Positions 41,756 through 51,176 are shown, counted from the first letter of the stretch. The stretch: 64,000 nt of DNA from Candidatus Eiseniibacteriota bacterium (GCA_963702435.1 CAVPCR010000002.1:448001-512000); one strand, 5' to 3'. The notes: generated by a model from the letters alone, not told the origin. A program made the numbers and translations.

Positions 41756-44686
41756 CTACTGCCGCATGACCACGATCTTCGAAGTCACGACCTGGCCCGG
41801 CGTCTCGACGCAGCAGAAGTAGATGCCGTTCGCGGCATTCGCACCGTCATCGGCCGTCCCGTTCCACGCGACGGCGTGTCGGCCCTGCACGAGCACGCCA
41901 TCGATCAGGGTGCGGACCCGACGCCCTGCGATGTCATAGACTCTCACCACTACCGAGCCCGGCTTGCTCACTTCGAACTCGATCGTCGACGTCTTTGCGA
42001 GCGGGTTCGGCACCGCCCGCGGCAGCCGATCCATCGCCGGGCTTTGCACCGGGTGCCGGGAGAAGGGAATGACTGGAAGGGTGAGATCGATCATCCCCGC
42101 CGGGACCCGACGTTCGCTGTTGAGCCGGCGAGCGAGGTTCCTCGCGTCTTCGTCATTGTCGACAATGGCATCATTGATCTGCCGTGCGATCTGCTGGATC
42201 GCCTGGCTGGCCCTCGCCCCGTCCAAGCTAACCACATCGGTCGAGCGCAGCCGGTTCGAAGCGACGTTGAGCAGGAGCGCGAGGAACTGCTTCTTGGCCC
42301 GCTCGTGCATCGTGGCGCCACCGCCCGGGGTGAGCGTCGCCTCGATCGCTTCGAGCGACATCCTGACCGGCTGTCCCTCTGCCATCAGAAAGGTCACCCC
42401 TTCCACGCTGATCGAGCTGAGATGGTTCTCGAAGAAGTGCTCGAGGAAGAGCGTTGGGTATGTGACACTCATCGCCTCGATCGTCTCCTCAGCCTGCCCG
42501 CGGCCGGTCAGGTGCACTCTGGCCTGGTGCTTCCAGTAGTTCACCTCGCGCACCGGTCCGGCATCCGGCAGAGTTTGCAGGGCGAAGTTCTGCGTGACCA
42601 CTTGTCCCGAAGTGACCACAACATCTACGGTGGCATTGGCGGGCGTCGCAGCCAGGTAGCCGATGGGGACCACGATCGAGATCGAAGCCGTCCCCGCCGG
42701 GACTTCGGCGAAGCTGAACTCTCCCTCCGCGTCGGTGGTCGCGAACTCGACGAATTGGCCCTCGTCCGCAGCCAGGTCCACCGTCACGTTGGCGAGTGGA
42801 GCACCGCCCACACTCACCACTCCCGCCACGCTCCCGGTGACGCTGGTCGCCTGGCACCCGGACGGACGAGCGCCGATCAGGCCGCACCCGCTCTGCTCCG
42901 GCAAGCAAGGCGAACTCTCGGCCAAGTCATAAGACGCGGTGCAGAGTTGCGGATCACGCGAGATGTTGCCGTTCTGCCCGTTCTTCCCCAGGAGGCAGTC
43001 CACCCAGTCGCCGCCGGGGTTGCCGAAGACATCGCTGCAGGTGATCGTCACCGATGAGCCGGAGCCGGCCCACATGGCCGCTCCCTGAGTCGCAAAGGCC
43101 ATGATCGTGTTCTCGATCGTCACATCCGAACCCCAGGTCCCCGCATAGCCCAGACCGATCGCAGCGCCGTGGGCCGACGAGTTCCCCACAAAAGTGCACC
43201 CGCGGAAGAGGGCGCCCCCGGCGACGATGTTCGCTCCGCCACCGTGATCCGCCGAGTTGTCGACGAAGACGCAACCCTCGATGACCGCCTCGTCTCCGGA
43301 CGTGTACAGCCCGCCACCGCCCGTGGCCGCATGGTTGCTCTCGAACCAGCAGTTGCGGATCGTGGGGACGGCACCAGGATTGGCATAGGTCGTAGCACAG
43401 GCGACTCCACCGCCGAAGAACTCGCCCAGCGTGTTGTCGGGAGCCTCACCGTGGCGGATCGTCACCCCTTCGAGCACCGAATCCGGCCCTTCATCCTCGT
43501 CGAAGAGAAACCCCCGGCCCAAATGCTCGCAGTCGATCACGCAGGCTGCAGGGTTCCCGCTCGTCGAGCGGATGGTGATCGCCTTGCCCAAGAACCTGAT
43601 GTCCCGGTTCCCCGCTCCCGTGTAGACACCATCGCAAAGCTCGATCACGTCGCCAGTATGGGCGGAGTCGACTGCGGCACGGATCGTCGTATAGGCTTCA
43701 CTCCCGTCCGGGCAGACGTGGATCACAACCCCCTGAGAGCAGCCGACCGGGAGAGCGCCGATCAGACCGCAGGTGCTCTGTTCCGGTGCGCACGGTGAGC
43801 CCTCGCCCAGGCCGTGCGACGCCCCGCAGAAGAGCGGGTCGAGGGAGATGTTGCCGTTCTGCCCGTTCTTCCCCAGGAGGCAGTCCACCCAGTCGCCGCC
43901 GGGGTTGCCGAAGACATCGCTGCAGGTGATCGTCACCGATGAGCCGGAGCCGGCCCACATGGCCGCTCCCTGAGTCGCAAAGGCCATGATCGTGTTCTCG
44001 ATCGTCACATCCGAACCCCAGGTCCCCGCATAGCCCAGACCGATCGCAGCGCCGTGGGCCGACGAGTTCCCCACAAAGGTGCACCCGCGGAAGAGGGCGC
44101 CCCCGGCGACGATGTTCGCTCCGCCACCGTGATCCGCCGAGTTGTCGACGAAGACGCAACCCTCGATGACCGCCTCGTCTCCGGACGTGTACAGCCCGCC
44201 ACCGCCCGTGGCCGCATGGTTGCTCTCGAACCAGCAGTTGCGGATCGTGGGGACGGCACCAGGATTGGCATAGGTCGTGGCACAGGCGACTCCACCGCCA
44301 AACCCCTCCCCAAGGGTGTTGGTTGGGGCCACCCCATTGCGGATGGTCACCCCTTCGAGTACCGAGTCTGCCCCTTCATCCTGGTCAAAGAGGAACCCGC
44401 GTGCCTGCCCCTGGCAGTCGATCACGCAACTGGCTGGAACTCCACTCGCCGAGCGGATGGTGATCGCCTTCCTGAGGTACCTGATTTCTCTGTTGTCGGC
44501 CCCCGAGAAGACACCATCACCAAGCTCGATCACATCCCCATTATTGGCGGCCGCGACCGCGGCGCGGATCGTCGGATAGGTCCCGCTTCCGTCCGGGTAC
44601 ACGACAAGCGTGGCACCCAGGGCCGAGTAGGGTCCAAGAGCCAGCACTGCACTCATCCAGAGTGCGGCATTCGTCATGAGGCGCAT
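41756..44686 (-). CDS. Large secreted protein: two parallel beta-helix modules, a carboxypeptidase-regulatory-like domain and a FlgD-Ig/Por-like C-terminal tail
   Basis: Signal peptide after CCAGGAG RBS; repeated YPTIRAAV..GDVIEL..GGG..N.A modules; C-terminal PNP...VYDIAGRRVRTL...WNG...GIYF. Confidence 0.85.
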   Translation of the reverse strand: MRLMTNAALWMSAVLALGPYSALGATLVVYPDGSGTYPTIRAAVAAANNGDVIELGDGVFSGADNREIRYLRKAITIRSASGVPASCVIDCQGQARGFLFDQDEGADSVLEGVTIRNGVAPTNTLGEGFGGGVACATTYANPGAVPTIRNCWFESNHAATGGGGLYTSGDEAVIEGCVFVDNSADHGGGANIVAGGALFRGCTFVGNSSAHGAAIGLGYAGTWGSDVTIENTIMAFATQGAAMWAGSGSSVTITCSDVFGNPGGDWVDCLLGKNGQNGNISLDPLFCGASHGLGEGSPCAPEQSTCGLIGALPVGCSQGVVIHVCPDGSEAYTTIRAAVDSAHTGDVIELCDGVYTGAGNRDIRFLGKAITIRSTSGNPAACVIDCEHLGRGFLFDEDEGPDSVLEGVTIRHGEAPDNTLGEFFGGGVACATTYANPGAVPTIRNCWFESNHAATGGGGLYTSGDEAVIEGCVFVDNSADHGGGANIVAGGALFRGCTFVGNSSAHGAAIGLGYAGTWGSDVTIENTIMAFATQGAAMWAGSGSSVTITCSDVFGNPGGDWVDCLLGKNGQNGNISRDPQLCTASYDLAESSPCLPEQSGCGLIGARPSGCQATSVTGSVAGVVSVGGAPLANVTVDLAADEGQFVEFATTDAEGEFSFAEVPAGTASISIVVPIGYLAATPANATVDVVVTSGQVVTQNFALQTLPDAGPVREVNYWKHQARVHLTGRGQAEETIEAMSVTYPTLFLEHFFENHLSSISVEGVTFLMAEGQPVRMSLEAIEATLTPGGGATMHERAKKQFLALLLNVASNRLRSTDVVSLDGARASQAIQQIARQINDAIVDNDEDARNLARRLNSERRVPAGMIDLTLPVIPFSRHPVQSPAMDRLPRAVPNPLAKTSTIEFEVSKPGSVVVRVYDIAGRRVRTLIDGVLVQGRHAVAWNGTADDGANAANGIYFCCVETPGQVVTSKIVVMRQ
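42961..44299. repeat. Near-identical 454-bp intragenic direct repeat (42961-43414 and 43846-44299)
   Basis: Offset of 885 bp; only about 2 mismatches seen by eye. Confidence 0.9.
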
Positions 44687-45071
44687 GTCGTTACTCCTGG
44701 TCTTGCGAGTCATGCCCCTGATCTTCCCTAGATTCAGGAGGAGACTGCCAGCGGCCGAGTGCGGCCTGTGGCACCTCGACTCCAGACATGAGCATGACCA
44801 ATGCCAGCGTACGCGCTGGACGCTTCACTTACCGCAAGCCAGCAATCCAATAGCGGCAGCTTTCTTCTGCTCGCGCTCGACTGTGATTCCGCTGGCGGCA
44901 GAGAAGGTCGACCGGGTGGAAACTTGGGATGGCATTGTGCCAGGTGGTAACCCGGGGCGCCGGCGGCGGCCCACGCCGGCCACCCCGGGTTCCGAGACTC
45001 GCGTGGGGTGCCCCTCGACCATCGCGAGCGCTGCTGTCGATCCCGGCGCGACACCCGCATGCCCGATCCTC

Positions 45072-45089
45072 AGGCAGGATCGGTGCCAA
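45072..45089 (-). promoter_or_regulatory. Sigma54-type promoter facing the secreted-protein gene
   Basis: TTGG-CACCGATCCT-GC (GG-N10-GC). Confidence 0.6.
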
Positions 45090-45177
45090 GTTCGCCGATT
45101 GCTGATACCGGCAACAAGGACAGAGTCTCTTTCTCGGCTCTCTCATGGTACCGAGGCAGCCAGGCAGAGCGACGATA

Positions 45178-45233
45178 GTCCGGAATCTGAACTCCTGAGT
45201 CCACCTTTTGGAATGCGAGGTCAATTCCCGGAC
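45178..45233. promoter_or_regulatory. Three phased GTCC-N7-GGAC-like quasi-palindromes (candidate enhancer/UAS)
   Basis: GTCCggaatctGAAC (45178), GTCCaccttttGGAA (45199), GGTCaattcccGGAC (45219); 20-21 bp apart and 90-145 bp upstream of the -24 element. Confidence 0.5.
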
Positions 45234-45350
45234 AGTGACAATCCACTGCCGTGTAGTTTGACCCTGAGCCCTTCCTCTCCTATCCTGTATGGTTTCGGGT
45301 GCACGTGGTTCACGACCACCACGCCTTGTGCGGAGCGAGACGACACGAGC

Positions 45351-47378
45351 ATGAGCCGCCTCCGATCCCCAACCCCGATTGTCAAGGCTCACTGGTTCGC
45401 CTTCATCGCAGTTCTCAAGAAACCCGACGACGGCCTCACCCTCGACCTCCTCCGGAGCCATCTCTCGCACGAAGCCTCGGCCAAGTTCGCGCGCCTCGCC
45501 GGCTTGCTCGCCGAGTGGAGGCTGGCCCGCTACCGCCCCGAGGACGCGGCGGAGACCGAGCAGATCCTCCGACGCCTCGAGACTCTCTACGTAGGCCACG
45601 CCCGCCTGACCGCGAAGAGCCTCTCCGCCTTCCATCGCTTGGCTCGCATCCTGCTATCCATTATCCGGATGCGGGAGATGGCTCGTTCCGACCTCTCTCG
45701 CCAGGACACCCTCGATTCCTTCGACGGCGAGCTACGCCACATGGAGCGAAGCGCTCAGATCTTGATCGAGCGGATCTCCGAGCGGTACGCGGTGCGCCTC
45801 CCGGCACTGGCCCGGAGCGCCTACACCGATCTCACGCGCGAGTCGGCCGCGCTCACGAAGGCCGGTCGCCTCGCGCTCGTCGATGAGATCGACGACGGCG
45901 CGGCGGGCGGCACCTGGATCCCGCGGGTGGAAGCCAGCCGCTGGAGCGATGTGATCACGAACCTCCTCCGGAACGGGGTCGAAGCAGCGGCCGACCGGAG
46001 CGCAGCAAAACGCAGTGAACCCGCCGCCACCGCTGAGCCAGCGCCTCTACCCCCGCCCCAGGTCACAGTCTCGCTTCGCCGCGGCGCATCCCCGGGCAAG
46101 GCGGTGCTCGAGATCGCGGACGAAGGTGTCGGCATGCCGCCCGTGGAAGCCGATTCCATATGGACGACCGGGCGGAGCCGTCACGGCCGTGGTCGCGGTC
46201 ACGGCCTCACCGAGGCGAAGCGCGCTTTCCTCCTCTCCCGCGGCGACGTCGAGGTGCGGAGCGCCACCGGCGTCGGCACCTGCGTCCGGATCGACGTCGC
46301 CCCGCGCGACGTCCCAATCGCCCCGGTCCGGCTATGGGAGATCCCACCGGTCGTGGTCCCCGCCGTCCTCCTCGTCGCCGCGGCGGCGGTCGGTCTCTCG
46401 ACGATGGGCGGTCCCGACCCCACGCTGGTCCGGGCCGCCGGACCCACCACCGTCGCCGCGGAGACCGAACTCGGCCGGATGCTCTGGCAACGCGACCTCG
46501 GCGAGGCCATCCTTCCCAACGAACCTACCGGCGTGGTGATGCCTCCTGGCGTTTACAAAGGTGTCGAGGAACACCAGCTCCTGGTCCGGAACGAGAAGGG
46601 CCGCGTGGAACACGTCCTCGTCGCCACGCAGGCCGCGGCCGGCCCCGCCAGGATCTGGTTCCTGGATCGCCGCGGGCGCGTCGAGGAAGTGCGGCCGCTC
46701 GCGTGGACTCCCCCGTCGCGCGGCTCGCTGAGCCATCTCACCTGTACGTGGCGGAAACAGACCCGCTGGGCGGACGGGCAGACCGCCCTCGTGCTACACG
46801 TGCGGGAGGGCAACTATGCCTCGACCGTGACCCAGTTCCTGTCGACGGCGGGGGAATCGCTCGGCGCGTACTACCACCAGGGCCACCTGCTATACCGCGC
46901 GGACCTCGATCTCGACGGGGACGGGAAGACCGAGATCCTCCTCCACGGCATCAACAATCCGGCACAGAGCGACTCGACGATCTTCGCGGCGGATGTCGGG
47001 CAGTACGTGCACTGCGTCGTGCTCCTCGAGGTCCCGCGCGTGAATGGACAGGCGTACCCGTACCGCACCTGGCAGGGCATGCCGGAGGCCAGGGAAGAGG
47101 GCTACCTCCTAATCCCGCCCCTCGCCGGCGTGCCGCTCGTCATCCATCACATCAACATCGGAGACACCGGGCCGGACGGCACGCACCAGGTGGAAGTCGT
47201 GCTCTATGACGGGCGGATCTATCGTTGCGACGAGCATCTCCGCCCGCTCACCTGCACGACCGGGGACTTGACGCCGGCGCGCGCGCTGGCCCCGATCGAG
47301 CCGCTCGGCCCGCTCGTTTACTTCCACGATGGCGAGCGGGTCGACATCCGGATCCCTATCGCGGCGGGCGGGATCTAG
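45351..47378 (+). CDS. Membrane sensor with N-terminal histidine-kinase-like ATPase (HATPase_c), one TM helix and a C-terminal extracytoplasmic domain
   Basis: ITNLLRNGVEA (N box), IADEGVGM (G1), GRGHGL (G2), SATGVGT; TM VVVPAVLLVAAAAVGL; later DLDGDGKTEIL. Confidence 0.75.
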   Translation: MSRLRSPTPIVKAHWFAFIAVLKKPDDGLTLDLLRSHLSHEASAKFARLAGLLAEWRLARYRPEDAAETEQILRRLETLYVGHARLTAKSLSAFHRLARILLSIIRMREMARSDLSRQDTLDSFDGELRHMERSAQILIERISERYAVRLPALARSAYTDLTRESAALTKAGRLALVDEIDDGAAGGTWIPRVEASRWSDVITNLLRNGVEAAADRSAAKRSEPAATAEPAPLPPPQVTVSLRRGASPGKAVLEIADEGVGMPPVEADSIWTTGRSRHGRGRGHGLTEAKRAFLLSRGDVEVRSATGVGTCVRIDVAPRDVPIAPVRLWEIPPVVVPAVLLVAAAAVGLSTMGGPDPTLVRAAGPTTVAAETELGRMLWQRDLGEAILPNEPTGVVMPPGVYKGVEEHQLLVRNEKGRVEHVLVATQAAAGPARIWFLDRRGRVEEVRPLAWTPPSRGSLSHLTCTWRKQTRWADGQTALVLHVREGNYASTVTQFLSTAGESLGAYYHQGHLLYRADLDLDGDGKTEILLHGINNPAQSDSTIFAADVGQYVHCVVLLEVPRVNGQAYPYRTWQGMPEAREEGYLLIPPLAGVPLVIHHINIGDTGPDGTHQVEVVLYDGRIYRCDEHLRPLTCTTGDLTPARALAPIEPLGPLVYFHDGERVDIRIPIAAGGI

Positions 47379-47391
47379 CCGGGGCCGAGGG

Positions 47392-49020
47392 ATGGGGAAG
47401 ATGAACTCACAGACCGATTCCGCAGGCCCGATGGGTTCGATCCCGGGCGATGGCGCCGGGGCGTCGCCGGCCGCGCTCCCTGCGATCCTCATCATCGACG
47501 ATCGCGAGGACCTCCACCGCTTCTGCGTCCGCTGCCTCGGCGATCGCTTCGCGTTCGCGCGTGTCGCGTCCGGGAAAGAGGCGCGCGCGCTTCTCGAGAG
47601 CGACGCCCGCGTGGAAGCGGCGCTCGTCGACCGCGACTTCTCCTATGCCCCGGCCGACGCGCTCCTCGGCCCGCCCGACCAGGCGCGCGACGAGGGGCTC
47701 CACATCCTCCGCTGGCTCCGGCAGGAACACCCTGCCGTCCCCGTCCTCATGGTCACCGGCTACCGGGACCAGCAAGTGGCCATGAACGCCGCCGACCTGG
47801 GCGCGGATTTCCTGGCCTGGGAAGACGTGCGCGATGACCCCGGAATCCTCGCCGCCCGGCTCCAGCGGGCGCTCGACCTGAGCGGGGCGGAGCCCGAGCG
47901 GATTCTCGCCCGGTTCCGCGCGCTCGGTGTCGTTGCGGAGTCTCCCGCCTTCATGAACATGCTCATCGCGCTCCACCAGGCCATGGTGGGAACTGCCCCG
48001 ATTCTCCTCCTTGGCGAGACCGGAACCGGGAAGGACACGCTCGCCTTCGCGGTCCATGCCTTGAGCGGCGACTCGAGCCGGAACTTCGTCTACGTGAACA
48101 TCGCCGCCCTCAATTCCAACCTGATCGAGAGCGAGCTCTTCGGGCATGAGCGCGGCGCCTACACCGGCGCGCATCGCTCGACGCCCGGCAAGATGCGCTA
48201 TGCCGACGGCGGAACGCTCTTCCTGAACGAGATCGGGGAGCTGCCGCTGGACCTCCAGGTCAAGCTCCTGACGGCGCTCGAACGGAAAGAGGTGCTCCCG
48301 GTCGGCGCCGTGCGCACCTACCCGACCCGCTTTCGCCTCATCACGGCGACATCGCGCGATCTCGGCGCGCTCGTCCGGGAAGGCCGCTTCCGCCCCGACC
48401 TCTTCCACCGCATCGCCTGGCACACGATCACGCTGCCGCCGCTCCGGGAGCGCCGCGAGGACATTCCGGCCCTGATCCGCGCCTTCCTCCGGAACTCGGG
48501 GCAGGGACAGGAAGGCGGGGTCCTCGGTATCGCAAGCGAGGCGGTCGAGTACCTGCGCGGGCTTCAATGGCATGGCAACGTGCGCGAGCTGCAGGGGGTG
48601 GTCGAGGCAGCGACCGCAGTCGCGAGCGGCGTCATCACGCTCCCGGATGTGCGGGAGGTGGTGCGCCGCCGCGAGCGGATCGATGCGTTGTGGACCTCGG
48701 TGCCCGCGTCGTCCAGCATGTCCGGGCCGCAAGCGGCCGGCCTGCCGTCGGAGCCCGTGCACGCCGACGGCCTCGAGTGCGAGCGCGTCGTGTTCGGGAA
48801 TCTCACCTTCCGCGAACTCACGGGCCGCTACTTCGACTACCTCCTCCGCCTCACCGGCGGCCGGCTCACCGAGGTGGCGCGGCGCGGCGGCATCGCCAAG
48901 GCCACGGCCTTCGAGTGGCGGAAGCGGTTCAAGAACGGCGGCGAGCGGAACACCCCACACAGCGACCACAACGAGCACAATGCACCGGATGGGGACCCGG
49001 ATGACGGCGCAAGTGCCTGA
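47392..49020 (+). CDS. NtrC-family sigma54-dependent activator (receiver-AAA+-HTH), atypical
   Basis: ILIIDD, GETGTGKD, ESELFGHERGAYTGA, FRPDLFHR, WHGNVREL, C-terminal HTH. Confidence 0.93.
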   Translation: MGKMNSQTDSAGPMGSIPGDGAGASPAALPAILIIDDREDLHRFCVRCLGDRFAFARVASGKEARALLESDARVEAALVDRDFSYAPADALLGPPDQARDEGLHILRWLRQEHPAVPVLMVTGYRDQQVAMNAADLGADFLAWEDVRDDPGILAARLQRALDLSGAEPERILARFRALGVVAESPAFMNMLIALHQAMVGTAPILLLGETGTGKDTLAFAVHALSGDSSRNFVYVNIAALNSNLIESELFGHERGAYTGAHRSTPGKMRYADGGTLFLNEIGELPLDLQVKLLTALERKEVLPVGAVRTYPTRFRLITATSRDLGALVREGRFRPDLFHRIAWHTITLPPLRERREDIPALIRAFLRNSGQGQEGGVLGIASEAVEYLRGLQWHGNVRELQGVVEAATAVASGVITLPDVREVVRRRERIDALWTSVPASSSMSGPQAAGLPSEPVHADGLECERVVFGNLTFRELTGRYFDYLLRLTGGRLTEVARRGGIAKATAFEWRKRFKNGGERNTPHSDHNEHNAPDGDPDDGASA

Positions 49021-49093
49021 CCGGATGATCTATCGGGGCAAGGACGACTACGGTATGGCCCCTCCGATTTCCTTGTACCCCCGATTGTGGTAG
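49001..49093 (+). pseudogene. Probable 5' fragment of a conserved hypothetical gene
   Basis: MTAQVPDRMIYRGKDDY resembles a protein N-terminus (recalled, not searched) but stops after 30 codons. Confidence 0.35.
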
Positions 49094-49104
49094 AGGAGAC
49101 GGCG

Positions 49105-49176
49105 GGCTCCAAGGAGGGGCGAGCAGCGGTGCTGCGGCTCCTGCGGGGCGAGAGCCTGGAGGCGGTGTCGCGTGAA
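49105..49176 (+). mobile_element. IS transposase HTH remnant
   Basis: AAVLRLLRGESLEAVSRE resembles the N-terminal HTH of IS3-like transposases; no further transposase sequence follows. Confidence 0.5.
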
Positions 49177-49197
49177 GCTGAGTCGGAGGTGAGCGAA

Positions 49198-49887
49198 GTG
49201 CATGGACAACGAGGACCCCTCGCTAGTCGGGTACCACTCGTCGTAGTCACTCTCCTGGTACTGAGCGGATGTGCCGCCAAGACATTCGACGCTTCCGTCC
49301 TGAGGTACAGGGACGGATCACTGAGCAGTGCGTCGCTGAATCAAGGTGGCCTCGTCCTTCTGCCGGTCGAAGCGAGGCCAGGCCTCGAAACATACGCGCT
49401 ACAGGTTGACACGCTTCTGGCGGCGCGCCTCGCCGCGGAAAGGACGTATGGCACCTCCGCCCGAGACAGCATGCTGTCAAGCACGAAAGCGGACTCTCTC
49501 GCAGACGTGTTGTCGCGTCTCTACTTCACAGACGAGGGCTCTGCGGGAGTCATTGCAGCGGATCTGTCCAGACGTCTACAAGTGCGTTATCTTCTCAGTG
49601 TTTATGTCGAAAGCCTCGGCGACAAGCCAGCCGGAACAGTCGTGTCATATTCGCCAGGGTACACGACGCCTCAAGGGGTGTACGTACCTGGGCCACCGAT
49701 CCAGAGCACGACGACGCGAAGGGGTCTCGTTGCCGTTGCCCGGATCTGGGATGGCGTCGCAGGCGCTGTGGTGTGGGACCGCCAATGTGAGGCTGCGTCC
49801 GAGGCTAGTGGCTGGACACATCATCCGGACGACTGGCGAGTCTACGTCGACGTCCTTGTTGCGGATCTTCTTGCCTCCTTACCGTGA
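49198..49887 (+). CDS. Hypothetical lipoprotein
   Basis: GGAGGTG RBS, GTG start, hydrophobic stretch ending in the LSGC lipobox; lower GC than the flanks. Confidence 0.7.
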   Translation: MHGQRGPLASRVPLVVVTLLVLSGCAAKTFDASVLRYRDGSLSSASLNQGGLVLLPVEARPGLETYALQVDTLLAARLAAERTYGTSARDSMLSSTKADSLADVLSRLYFTDEGSAGVIAADLSRRLQVRYLLSVYVESLGDKPAGTVVSYSPGYTTPQGVYVPGPPIQSTTTRRGLVAVARIWDGVAGAVVWDRQCEAASEASGWTHHPDDWRVYVDVLVADLLASLP

Positions 49888-50045
49888 TGTGCGCGACGCC
49901 ACTCCGTGCCAATGTAGATGAGACACCCAGCCTCCCCGAGTCTTGTGTAGAGGGCGACCATGGAGTTCAAGATGAGTTCCCAGCAGTCTGGGTTCATCCC
50001 GGTCGAGAGGGAGGTCGAGGTGTCGGCGAGGGCAGAGGGGCGGCG

Positions 50046-50642
50046 GTGAAGTCGGACGCGGTCGCCTTCAGTCTCAGAGTGCCTGGCGTGGACAATGGTC
50101 CCGGCGGCGCGCTCCTCGCGCCGGGACTCGTGGATACGCTGCGCGCCATGGTCGGCTGGCGACCCTTCATCGTGCGCGATGCGGGCCGCATCCGCCGCCT
50201 CGAGTTCGTCAACAAGCAGGACCGCCGCTTCACGTGTCAGGACGAGAAGATCCTCGCCCGGCTCGCGCAAGCGTTCCGGATCGCCCCCTCGACGCCCGAT
50301 GGATGCCCCTTCTCGAACCACTTGCGGCTCGAAACGGACGCCGACGTCCTCTTCTGCTCGGTCGCGGCGGATGGATGTGAAGGGACGCTGCTCGTCGCTC
50401 CGCCCTCGGCAGAGTTCGAGGCAGCCTGGAGAGAGGGCGGCGAGGCGGTCAGGGATGCAATGCGCTCGAGGTGCACCCAGTACGCCATCACCTGGGAGTC
50501 GTACGCCATCGTCAGGCGCCTCGCCCACTCGAACCACATCCTGCTCGCGGAAAACGACTCCATGTCGCTGCGGGAGATCGCCGCCGACCTCTACGACTAC
50601 CTCGTGGCCCGCATCAAGAATGAGCTGCGGCGATGGCTATAG
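50046..50642 (+). CDS. 5'-truncated paralog of the 51177-52133 protein
   Basis: Colinear similarity (GALLAPGLV, WRPF, CPFxNHLRLETDA, FCSxxADGC, CTQYAI) but lacks the first about 105 aa and the signal peptide. Confidence 0.65.
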   Translation: MKSDAVAFSLRVPGVDNGPGGALLAPGLVDTLRAMVGWRPFIVRDAGRIRRLEFVNKQDRRFTCQDEKILARLAQAFRIAPSTPDGCPFSNHLRLETDADVLFCSVAADGCEGTLLVAPPSAEFEAAWREGGEAVRDAMRSRCTQYAITWESYAIVRRLAHSNHILLAENDSMSLREIAADLYDYLVARIKNELRRWL

Positions 50643-50733
50643 CGCCGAGGCGGCCGTGGAACAGCCGTGGGGCAGCCGTGATCCGAAGGCCCGTCACGGA
50701 GAGACCCGCTGCGCGTGGCAGCAAGTGCGTCAG

Positions 50734-51042
50734 CTACTGGCTCGAGCCGCCGCCGCTTCGCCGCCGTTTCGGTCGCGCCGGCGCGGGAGGCGTGGCGGGA
50801 CGCATCTTGGATGGCGGACGCTTCTTGGGTCGTTGGACCAGGGAGGCCATTCGGAGGGCAGCCCGAAGGGCCTCGTTGACGGCTGCATCCGTCGGAAAGG
50901 CCTGAGCGACATCCGGCTCGAGCAAGACCAGGTTGGTTCCTGCCCGAGCGCGAGCAGCGTACTTGCCCTGGACTCCACCCTTCATGGTCGCAAAGTCGTA
51001 CTCGTCGCGGATGTCCGCCGAGGCCTCAGGCTCTTCGCTGAC
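50734..51042 (-). CDS. BrnA-like/CopG-type antitoxin (start codon uncertain)
   Basis: IRDEYDFATMKGGVQGKYA...TNLVLLEPDVAQAFPTDAAVNEALR. Confidence 0.7.
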   Translation of the reverse strand, partial: VSEEPEASADIRDEYDFATMKGGVQGKYAARARAGTNLVLLEPDVAQAFPTDAAVNEALRAALRMASLVQRPKKRPPSKMRPATPPAPARPKRRRSGGGSSQ

Positions 51043-51122
51043 AGAGTCTCCGCTCGTGGCTCGTGGCGCGGCGAGCGCTCGAGATTCTCCGCCGCCTTCG
51101 CGGGGTCCCACTTGAAGATCAC
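51026..51122 (-). pseudogene. Internally deleted BrnT toxin
   Basis: N-terminus MIFKWDPAKAAENL joined out of frame to the C-terminus SARRATSHERR; the middle is missing. Confidence 0.7.
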
Positions 51123-51176
51123 GCTGCGGAGCATACCGCACGTCGCAATGCAGCACTTCAACCAGGAGTACGACTG

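Noticed and set aside
42961..44299. Diversity-generating retroelement TR/VR pair
   Set aside because: Both copies are in frame within one gene, there are too few mismatches to show an adenine-specific pattern, and there is no reverse transcriptase.
44676..45350. N-terminal 225-aa extension of the sensor ORF
   Set aside because: It overlaps the divergent promoter and enhancer region and has atypical composition; the ATG at 45351 is more plausible.
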